64,000 nucleotides of DNA from Setoptus koraiensis (taxonomy: Eukaryota > Animalia > Arthropoda), in NCBI GenBank assembly GCA_048013815.1, contig CM106585.1, forward strand, positions 21,328,001 to 21,392,000, written 5' to 3'. The translations under genes and the position numbers were made by a program. Positions 52,854 through 64,000 of this stretch are shown one piece after another (position 1 is the stretch's first letter; each line of letters begins with the position of its first letter). The notes beneath the pieces were generated by a model, which was not told the origin of the DNA, made no database searches, and saw nothing but the letters and a program-made list of their open reading frames with translations.

Positions 52854-55800
52854 CTAGAGACCATCACAACAAGCACAAGTCACTATGACAGCGTCGATTG
52901 ATAATGATGATAATAGTGGTGATAATTGGCCCACAATTGGCTTATTGGATTGTATTGGCTGATATTAATATTGCGATGAGGCTGACGAGCGTTTAATAAT
53001 GCTGCTGACACCGATGCACTGTGCACTGGCAATCTGTCTTGTTTGTTGTCGTCGTCCATTTCTAAGCTTGTGTCGGCTGATATCGGTTGTTATATGCTAT
53101 TATGCTCAACTTATATATTATATAATAAAATTGCGCTGAAATTTATTTCTTAAATTTTCTCTTCAGTGTTCCTATTGTGTAAATGTGTTCATTGTCACGA
53201 GCGCGCAAGATATTTCGCGCAACTCACGCCACAGCGGGCCCGGCTGCGTGGCCCATTGTCATGATTCTGATATTGGATATCGTTCGGATATGTCGTTGGT
53301 GCGTCATTTCATTTCCGTTGCGGCGCAACTCAACCGTCGATAGTGCGCTGAAATTGATACTGTGTAACTGTGTGTAACGTCCGACAACGGACAACTGTCA
53401 TTTTGGGCCCACTGTCCACCGGCGCTCATCTGTTCGGGCCGGTTGTGTGTCACGTGTAAGCGGGCAATTGTATCGGTGATTAGCTGCCGAGCATCGGCCG
53501 CGATCGGGGCCCACCGGGCGACGGATGAATGCGGGTTGCGCAACTTGGCTCGATTTTCAATTTAACAATCATCTGGCCTCACCATGGCCTGTTCGCCTGT
53601 TTGCCCGTTCGCCTATTAGCGTGTTCGCATGTTCGCGCCCCGCGGATAATAATAACTTAATATATATCAACTTTGTAAGTCGCTTGCTGTGTCACGCTGG
53701 CTCGGTCGCTGTGGCTGTTGCTAGCTTGCCAATTTCAGCATGGCAAGATATGGATATGTGTGTGTGTATCACCAGTATGCGTATATATATTTATGTGTAG
53801 TGTGTGTGTGTGTGTGTTGCACCAAACAGCTAATATCAGCGATGACTTTGACTAATTTCTTACGGCTGGCTGACTGGCGCTAGGGCGCTAGTGCGCTGTT
53901 GCAGTGCGCCTAGCGATCGCGACTTGTTTACACACAGCCAGTCGAGCTCTGGCTTGTACTTTTATCGCAAGCTTGACACATGAGAATGATAGGATATGAT
54001 GGCGATGATGACGATGATAGACAACAATATCTGTTGTCGTTGTCGCTGTTGTTGTTGTTGTTGTTAAAGAGTGCTAAACGCGAGTGCTATGGATATATAT
54101 CACATACTCAGGATAATGTCGATGTCAGCTCGACTGTCGCCTCAAACGAACGCACAAGCCAGACGATGCGAACAGCAACAAGACAAAGAATTGGCATAAT
54201 TCCTTGAACCTTGAATCTTGTTTATCTCTCGCTGTTGCTGTCGCTGTTGCTGTCGCTGTTGCTGTTGCTGCAAAGTGCTGCCGCTGTTGCTGTTGCTGCT
54301 ATAAATAAATCTGTCTCAATGATAATGTGTCGCAAATAAACGGAACACCTTGATGCGGGTGACGCAAAAGCAGCCAGCATTAGCGATGCATATCATATTT
54401 GCTACTTGGCTCGGCAGCCAGCTGACATGAGCCCACAATAAATAATCTAATCTAATTATAAGTTATAAACCAATTAGACATGATCCAGTAATAATTCATT
54501 TAGGCGCGCTATATTTGCAGCCAGTTTAAAGGATTATCTATGCTATCCCTCTATCTATGCTGCCTCTGTTCAGTCTGGTGATACGAGTTTATTCGAGCTC
54601 ATTCGCGCTCATGCGAGCTCATTCGCCCTGATGCGGCCCGATTCGAGCCGATCGAGTTGCAGCGCGCCCGACAGTTAGCAAACTTGCAAACAACAGTTAC
54701 ACACACAGGCTACAGATAGGCGCGCATTTATGCAAATGATGGCTCGATGAGACGAGAGAAGAATTCAAAACACTCGGTGTGCAGCTTAAATTGTGCGGTG
54801 TCATCACTTGATTCGAACAGTTATTAGCGTGGCGATATGAATTGTACTTAGTTTGAATTATGAATCAACTGTGTTCAATTTTTGTTACTCTTGCAGCTGA
54901 AATTGCGATTGAGCGCGAATAACGGCGATACATAGATATTTTAATTTTTTCGTTGCGTTCTCATTTTTTCATTTCATCATTTTTCCTTGTTGTTTCTTGG
55001 CTGTTTTTCTCGGCCTCAAGCGCTCGTTTATTTATCTGTTTATCTGTCCGCTTGTCTGTTTGTTTGTCACAGGTTGATCTATGCAACTCGATGTGTGTTT
55101 GTATTGGTATTTGGCAGTGGCAGCGCCAGCAGAAATAGCAAAGTGACACGACGAGTGAAAAAATTTGTTTTTCTCGCGCCTTTTTTTTTTCTCTCTCTTC
55201 CTCACTTTGTGTGTGTTCTGTTTGTGACACTATTGTGCTTGTCTGCTGTGTCGCTTGTCAAATTTACTTTTTTTCCATTAGCTTCTCTCTTGGTTTCTTT
55301 TCTTTGCTTTTGTTGGCTGTTTTTCTTTGCTTCTCTCTTCTCTGATATTCGTCTTCGTCGTTTTTTCTAACTTTTCTGCGTCTTCGCGCAAACAGTCAGT
55401 CGCTTGCTGTCTGGCTGGCAATGGTGGCGGCCGCTATTCGGGCCAAAGATGGTGGCACAAAAAATATCTATCTGTTTTTGTTTGTGTCTATTACAGGTCT
55501 ATTGAACAGACGACATGCGACTATGATTGACTGTTGGCGCCCGCTGGTCTTGTTCGGTGTCGCTCGCTTTCGGTCTTGTTTGGTGTCGCTGGCAGCCGAC
55601 TGGCAGCAGTCGTTAACTAAGCCAAACTAATGGATCGCAAAACAGCTACAAACTTGCCAATGTAACTGGCTCGCTGGCACGTTGCAACTTGCAACAAAAC
55701 TACGTTGTACGTAAATTGTTTCTTTCAACTGGCTGCCACTGGGCTATAGCGACTTTCGCGACCGCACGGCTCGCGACAGAGGCATTCAAATCGCTGCTAT

Positions 55801-57609
55801 TCGTCAAATAATGGCGCCCCCTGCTAAGTGTTGTCTAATGGTGACTCTCGTTGACTGTCTCGTCTATGTAGCTGCCGGCTTCGTTAGCGGTTCGTTCGTT
55901 AGTGGGCGCTGGCGGGCGCGTATGAAAACTACCAAGATGATGTTGATGATGATTGCGCGAATCCAGCACTAGACACACAAGCGCGCCCGTCGCATTATAT
56001 AGTCGCCCCGTCGCCCAGTCGCAAAGTCGCCTCGTCGCATAGGGGCGCTGGCGCGCAGAGGGCGCCCCCTATGCCACGGCGCGAGTGTCGCTAGGTCATG
56101 ATCACATGTTAAACTATGTGCGCAAATCGTGCGCACGGCGCGCAAGTGTTAGCGTGTCGTAAATGATGATCCTTCACGCGGCGCCCACACGATGCGGTGG
56201 CCGCCCCCACTGGCGGCCGCGGCTGGCCCGCCGCTCGGGCCGCCGTTTGACCCGCCGCTCGGGCCGCCGCTGGTGGGCACGTGGGGCTTGGCGGCGCGCA
56301 CCTAGGCAGCGACACGCGCACCGCCACTGGCAAAATGGCGACAAGGCGAAACGGCGAAATGGCGACAAGGCGAAACGGCGACAGGGCGAAATGGCACAAT
56401 GACGAAACGGCACAAGGACGACGCGGCACGAGCGCGCAAACGACGCTAGGCGCTCACAAATCTTGGCCAAGTGTGACGCGGCTGCCCGTCGGCCGGCCAG
56501 CATATATTGTCACAATATTATTGCGCCGGGCCCGGGCCGGCTCACAATATATGTATCCGCTGGGCAACTGTAATGCACTAATTCGGTTATGCCGGCGCCC
56601 GTCAGGGGCCCCGCATCACGAATGAGCGGCGCGCGGAAAGTTGGTGCCGCCCGTGCTGTCACAGTGAGAGTCTCCCTCGGCCAGACTCTGGTCGGCCAAC
56701 TCGGTCGCTAGAGCCGCCAAGCTGAAAACTGGTCGCAATCCAACTGGCGCGTTGCGTAATGACTTTGTGAGGTACGCGTACGTTATTTACATGTTATGCA
56801 TCGCGTCGCGTAATGGCTCGAGTGGCGCCGATTTCATAAACTGAATAAGTGACAAAGTCGCTCGTAATCAATCTCGCCGGCCCCACATTCACAATATGAT
56901 ATTGTGACTGTCACCGCTGAACGGCACGCCGGCCCGCCCGCAGCCGCCAGACACTCTCGAGAGGCTCCCGAGTGGGACCAGCGGCCGCCTGCCTCCACGG
57001 GGCCTCGTTACCTCGCCGGCAGGGCCCGTGAACCGGTACGGTTGAGGCCCCAGTGTGCGAATAATCGGGCGGCCAACGACCAATTCGCTGGCTAAGCCGC
57101 CCGGGCTAAGCGCACTGTAAACGACAATGATACAGCGGCGCAATGATAATATTGCCGCTTGTTTCCGGACCCTGTTGTGCCATTGTAATTCGGTTGTCGC
57201 AAGCACACTACAAATTTTGATCAATTTTCTCCACGGAGCTCGGGCAAGATTTTGTTTTTATCCGAGTGCCCGATTCTCGGAACAACAACAGACCAAAAGG
57301 AAATATCCGGCCTGCACAATGCGTGAGCTGTATGCAAATTTTCTCTAGTTGCAGCGCCCGGACTTTACACTTTTCCGTGCTCGGCGCCGTCGAGCGTCTC
57401 TACGTGAGTTTTCGGGCCGGCGAACGCGCTCGACACAACGACAACCTGTTTTGTGTTTCTTGCGGCGAAATTTGTAACGATTCGCAGCGGATAAAGTAAA
57501 TAGAATAAACTGTGACGCCCACACTCGAGAAAGCGAGCGACTCGCGGCGGGCGCACTGGCCACCGGCGCGGCGTGCATTAGCGGCATCCGTTGCGATTTG
57601 CGCTCGAGC

Positions 57610-57780
<171 letters not shown>

Positions 57781-60700
57781 GATGCAGCGAAACTCGCGCA
57801 GCCGGCGCGCAGTGCACAGGAAACGCGCACTCGGCGAGCGAACGCTGTGCTCGGCTGTCGCCAATTTCGGAGGCGCGAACGCAGCTATGCTCGCCCGCGG
57901 AGGCGGCCCACGGAGCGCGACGCACTCGAGGTTCAACTGGCGCCGGCACAAGTGGCCGCGCAACATCATTTGGGGCCCACAAGCGCCCGCCACTGAATCG
58001 CCTCTTTGGCCCCATCCGAATCGGACCCACGCGGGGCCCGCAATTCGAAATGCGGGCCAAAGAGGCCATTACGAGTGTTTGTCGTGCCACAACATTTGGA
58101 TATGCTACAATTGACCGCAGCTCTTGTGGCTGCCGCCCGCCTGTAACTGGCGGCCAATTCGCTGGCCATTTCGGCACTCGACAGAGCCAGTCGACAGAGC
58201 CAGTCGACAGAGCCAGTCGACAGAGCCAGTCGGAATTCCGGCGCAACCGAGCGGCGACACGGCCAGCTCGGCAAGGATGGGGCACGAAATCAATGTGCAC
58301 GAACATCGCTTGCATTTTGACACTCACACATGTTATGATAATTGAAAATTCATTCATGAAGTCGGCCCACATTTTCGCTAAATCTAAATTGAGCGCCATT
58401 AGGCCGCTCGCCCGAAATAAGAGCTGACAACGTTCGCTGAGTGCTTGCGCCCCCTTAAGTGTTATCCGTTTTGTTTCCTTCCATTAACGGCACAACGCTA
58501 ATGTTTGCACGGCCACTAACGACCAGTGGCCGCCGATTTGTTTCAGCCTGAAACTTTCAGGGAGGGGGCGCTCTTGACATTTTAGTCTCGCTATGTGCGC
58601 CCGGCAGAGCGATATCAGCGGCACAAAATTAACATATCAAGCAATGAGCATGCAACCTTCTCAGAGTGGAGCCCCAATTTTTCTCACACGCGACTGGCGC
58701 GACATTCGTGTCGCAGTTGCCCATTTGTCCATCGACAAGTGGACAAACAGATTGCTCAAGGAGCCAGCTCAAGACAGAATAAGATAAATCAGTTCACGGC
58801 GACAATTTCGGCGCTCGAATTCTCCGCACGAAAATCCTAGAGCGGTCGCAATATCTGATAGGGGAGGCCTCCTCGGGAGCCGGAAAGTGAATCATCATCA
58901 TCATATACAATAATAGTCTGCGGGTCCCATAGTATGGGAGCGAATGGCAGGCCTCCCAAGCCCAGCTCCCAAGATCCGTCAGCGCGCCTCATGAGATGAT
59001 AACAGACATTTTGGGTGATGCTTAAGATCACAGAAAACCATTATGCTATTATGCTGTTATATTATTATAATCAGTCAAAGGTCACAACTGTCACAACTGC
59101 AACTGTGCTGATTTTGCAGCATTTTCCGAAATAATTTCGTTTTCTTCAAAAACGTTACTTATGGAAATTGAAAAATTTCCAGCGTTGGTTTGTCAGTCTG
59201 GCCACTTGCAACATCCAACAAAAGTTGTGAGTGGCCAGTTCGCGTTTCGCCGAGCCAATTCGCAACTTTATTCAAAATTGAAAAATTCACGCTTGTCTGA
59301 ACTGGTGTCATTGGCACTTTAGAGTGAAATTGAGCATACTTCCAGCCTATAAGTTGCTGATAAAAGCAAGCTTTCACTAACAGGACAATGCTCTGATTTT
59401 GGAAAGAGCTGGTCGCTGGCGCGCATATTTCAATTTAAAAATCTCATTGTCACCAACGCCAGCCGACCAGCGTTTTGCCGTGTGTCGAAACGAAACGCCA
59501 GAAAAATTGTTGATGTTGCGGGATTTTGTGTTTGCGGCCGCCCGAGATTCATTTGGCTGTGTGAATATAAAAGATATTGGACGAAGCTATATTGGAAGTG
59601 GCGAGCAAGAAATGATTACTCAGCTGAATGGCGCTTTGCATTGAACCGAACTGAAGAAAAAAAAAATTACAATTTCGAAGAGTTTCGGCTGTCGCTGGTT
59701 AGTTGGCGATAATTGCTGGCCGAGCTGTAGCCGGGCAACCGGTAGCGGCAAAGCAGTTGCGTCACTAGCAAAGAGCTGGGTGCGCAGATTTAAATGATGG
59801 GCCCCGCCAGCCGTGAGTTGGCAGCGCACACTGTGGAAAATCAATTTGGCGCCTAGCGACATTCGCGCATTTAGCATTTCGCTGTTCACTAGAGCTAGAC
59901 TAGAAAAACATTGCGCAAACACGCCGACAAGCCAACCGAGAGCACGAATTATTTATAAACAAAACAAGCCGTTACATGCAAACTGACTATTGCTATTTTC
60001 GCTGGCTCACGTCGGGCCAATTTTAAACAATTTTATTTTAAACAATGTACTGGGCTGCTTGAAATAGCAGCGTGCAAGTGTTTGTGACATGCCACCGAGC
60101 TATAGCGACAACAATATCGGCGCCCATAGTTAGTTTGATTTACTATCGTCTTGTTCACCGTTATTTGGCCTCTGGCTGGTCGGATTGTCGCAACTGGCAA
60201 AGTTAAGTTGTGTCAGCCAAAGTCACGCACAGCGCGACAGGGAAAATTTTGAATAATGCACAAAATAATATATTATTTACATCGATCCGGTTAGCAATGG
60301 GAGAGCGAGTTTGCGCGACATTTTGCGACGCACGCTATGTGCGTCTTGCGGACGGTTTGTCACACAAAACGAAGGGGCCCCCGCAAGCCAGAAAGAAATG
60401 AGCTATTTCTATTATTGTGTGTGCGCGCAAAACAAGTGCCAATTGCCCGCTCGCTCTAATTCAATTTGGCACGGTTTGGCGCCCCTGAGTTTGGGGCCCG
60501 AACAGCGGGGCCTACGTGTACTTATATACGTGTATATAACGCTATATCTGAGGCTCACAATGCTGGCCGCAAACAAACAAATCATTGGTCACGACTGTTC
60601 CGCGTCGGCCACGTGCAACTGCCACGTAGCCGTGACATTGCGTGTCATTCCTGACACGATCGCAAACGCGAATTCGGCGGCGCCCCAATTAGTTGTGGCG

Positions 60701-63700
60701 GCGGCGCCGACTTGAAGGCTAATTATAATTATTGTTGTTATTGCTGCTATTTGCATCGGTGTGCAACCGGATCCGGCCGGCCAGCGAGACTGCTGGTATT
60801 GTGCGTTGGTTGTTGGCCGCTACGTGCGTCCCGTTAACCGGGCCGGTGTGGGCCCGTGCCAATTTTCATTGGTGAAATGTGTCAAAATATTCATGCCCAC
60901 GGATGCGAGACGCGCGCCGGCTGGGGCGTAAAAAGTGCGCACAATGTTGGCACAATATTCGGAAAAAAAGCCGACACAACAATACGGTTAGCAAACCCGA
61001 ATTGGGTCAACCTATAGATAGGGCCCGCGACCCACCGAACCAAGCGAGCCGATCATCAATATCTGATAAAATGCCACGCTTATAAATTGCAAGGCTCGCC
61101 CGGCTGGCACGGGCCCCCCAAAAGCGAACGGTTTAGTGCGACCTGTTCAGTGGCGAATATCAACAAGACGACGGCACCAGTTTTGTCGCCATTGTGCGCC
61201 GATGGCCCGTAATTGATCGCCGATACACTCGGTACATATGAGAGCTCAGTATATACGGAGCATAAGGGGGCGCAATATAAACGAGATATAGTCTCAAGTC
61301 GCATAAAAAGCGGCCAGCCGGTTAGGCAGCGACAGAGCGCTAATCTCAGGTACTTTGTATACTATATATCCAGCATGGCGGGCTGGATCGCAAGCCGGCG
61401 ATACGCGCCCGGTGATATACGCCGGTGAGTAAAGATTAATGACTGCCCAATTGCTCATTCACTATATTAGTGTAAGACAACAGCGGTTATATTGAAAACA
61501 ACCGGGCCCCGGATAAGATGGCAGCCAGCAAATGGACTGGCGCTCGCAGTAAGTGCTCGCGTGACCCCAACTCCGGCCGCAACCAGAGGGCCTCCTCACA
61601 TTAAAAATGGGCGCTTATTTGGCGCCCTCGGCCCCTGGACAGTTTGCGTTTGCTGGCAGCCAGCCAGCCAGCCGAAAGCTGGTGCGAGCTTCGTGCAGAA
61701 AGGTTCGGAGGCTTCCGCGGACTTTCGCGGCGTTTCGCGGCCCGGCCAAGGCCGCCCTGCAAATTGTCATAAATCACAAAATCATGGTGTGCGCTCGTGA
61801 GAACGGGCCTCGCAAGCTCGGCACTAGATAATGCTGGCGTTTTCTCGCTGTTAATTTATTTTATGAATACAAACGACGAGACGCCAGCGCAAAATCGGAC
61901 CGCGGCTCGGGCCGGGCGACCGAAAACAAATATTAATATCAGTTCGCGCCGCTCGGTTCGAATTTCGAGCCGGCCCGGCCGAGTTGCGATTATTTTTTCG
62001 ATGGCTTGGCCGCAGGGGCCGACTTTACATCGAAAGAATGCGCCATTCCGGAATTCCTCTTCTCTTATCTATTGCACAGTATTATACTGTCAGTATATTA
62101 CACTGGGCACAACTGACTTGCGAGCAGAAAGGGACACTCTCTGAGACTCACCGGCGGCCGGCTGTGTTTTTTTTCTGGGAAAAAACTTGCACGTTCGGGC
62201 ACGAGGCATTGTTGTCGCCATGTTATCGTGTTAATGCGCGCGCGTCTTATAACGTTAACGCGAACCGGTGTACCGATCGGTATCGACACCAACTGATGTA
62301 CAACGTATGTACAATATACGTATAATGTAGAGAGTTCCGGGAAAATCGAGCGCTGCTCGAATAATTACGGCGCTCGCGCTTGCCGGTTCAGCCGGCCTGG
62401 ATGTTAGCGGGGGGCCCCTCGAGAAATCACGGCCAGTATTGGCGGGAGAAATGCGAGGGCGCCGCTTGAGCCCGTTCAGTCGATTTCGGCGGTGCGTCGC
62501 TGGTGCGCCGATGGTGCAAGCCGGCGAGCCGGACCAACGAACCTGTCCTGTCCTATTCTGTCGGATTACTATGCTAATGAGAGCCACGAGATTAACGCAG
62601 CAATTAGAGCTCACTCACAGAGGTATACCCTGGCAAGGGGTGCTGTTGCGACGGGCACGGGCACGGGCGGCGGCGGGGCACGGCGCCACGGCGCGGCAGT
62701 GTATCGAAATCATTAGTAAAGTATAAATTATACTCGCGCAATCGTTATCCAACCGATGGTCGGCCCCAAGAGATAACTAGCGACGACACAATCTCAGCTG
62801 CTGTGTCCGCGCTGCCGACCGGCTCACTTTGGCCTGCCGAGGCGCGGGCCCCTTTTGCAATTTCAGCCCGGCGGCCGGGCAACTTGGGGTTGGGCGGCGG
62901 CCATTTTCGCTACTTGCTCATTCCTGTTTAGTGTTTTGCTTTTTTGGCCGGCGCGTTGGCCTGAGTTCCATTGTCATTAGTGGCTCGAGTCAACACAACG
63001 GCCACTGACAGTGCCAACAACGACAAGACGGATTGCCCTGTTGAGATTGATTAAGAACTCGCGCGGGGCCCCTCGCGGGCCCAGCCGGCCAGACAGGCTA
63101 CACTCGCCAGAGCAGCGCTGACACAAACTGACACTCGGCCAGCCAGACTTATCCACTTAGCCGACTGGTTGGCCCGCAGTGGGGCCCCGCTTGGCCCCAG
63201 CGGCTCGCTGACGGCGAGGTGTTCGCCGCTCGCTGTGTGTGTGTGTGCCGATCAATCAGAGAGAGAGAGAGAGAAAGAGAGAGAATCGGCCCGCCAGTGC
63301 GCGCTACTTCGGGCCACTGCTCGTTTGTGGCGGGCCCATTTATAACTCGGCCGCTGGCCTCTGCTCGCTCAACTCAATGTAACAACGCGTAGATGTTGCC
63401 CGGCCGCGCGCACCCCCGGCGCGGGCCACTCGAATGCGCGCCGCGCGCGGGCCCCTCGACGCTTATCTGGCGCGCCGCGTTTCCGATGAGCGCGCATTCA
63501 ATCTGGCGAACAGAATTAAATTAGGGGCTGCGTTTTGGTGTTTGGCCACTCTGTTACTTTTTTGCTATCTGTCCGTCCGTCTGTCTATCTCATTCTTATT
63601 CTCGGATGCACACTTAATGACCACACCACTATCCCAAATACGGGCCCCAGCGGCGGCGGCGCCAGCAGTTGAGCGGGGCCCCCTCCCGTTGGCAGCGTCG

Positions 63701-64000
63701 GCAGCACAGTTTGCATCGGCTTGCCAACTCACACTGTGTGACTCACGCAGCCAGTTACGTAACAAAGTATCATCAAGACACAGCGCCATTATTATTGTTG
63801 TTGCGCGTGCCGCGTTGTGATGGCTCGTGGGGCCCCGCAAAGGTATGCACAGGGGACGCCCGGCTGCTAATCAACTAAAACTCATTAATATTTGCGCAAA
63901 GCGCTCGCTGATTAAGCAGTGATCCAGTTGCGCGATCTCATTTGTTGCTCTCTCGTCACCCGTGCCAACGATGTAGCGGGCCGCTATTTGTATATTAGCC

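Noticed and set aside
58560-59700. AT-richer segment with short ORFs, one containing RSYIG (GIY-YIG-like)
   Set aside because: No GIY half-motif, no long frame and no terminal repeats; a transposon remnant cannot be supported.
61951-61970. GCTCGGTTCGAATTTCGAGC resembling a tRNA T-arm
   Set aside because: The closing pair is not G-C, and there is no D-arm, anticodon arm or acceptor stem upstream.

Overview
Eukaryotic (arthropod) genomic DNA. The intron-poor genes, ~100-170 nt introns and tiny intergenic gaps suggest a miniaturised acariform mite such as an eriophyoid, but that assignment is inference. The window has two compartments. (1) 1-9.4 kb is AT-rich and gene-dense: the 3' end of cytoplasmic dynein heavy chain, a signal-peptide-bearing TPR+DnaJ protein, a 2-exon orphan secreted prepro-protein, an acidic/basic low-complexity nuclear protein, and JMJD6/PSR. 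(2) From ~9.2 kb onward the sequence is GC/CpG-rich and microsatellite-laden. It holds a very compact ovo/shavenbaby gene (minus strand, 2 coding exons, 329 aa), a ~31 kb apparently non-coding desert upstream of it, an SLC35F3/F4-type transporter with a ~385-aa loop insertion, and a polyQ-rich probable upstream exon. The strongest unexplained signals are region-specific motif vocabularies: roughly 30 PAR-bZIP D-box sites (TTA[CT]GTAA) and 16 C/EBP palindromes (TTGCGCAA), many concentrated upstream of ovo, versus about 34 GGGCCC sites in 49-64 kb. Most ORFs in the supplied track beyond 10.3 kb are repeat-driven artefacts. All motif counts are manual and should be recomputed.
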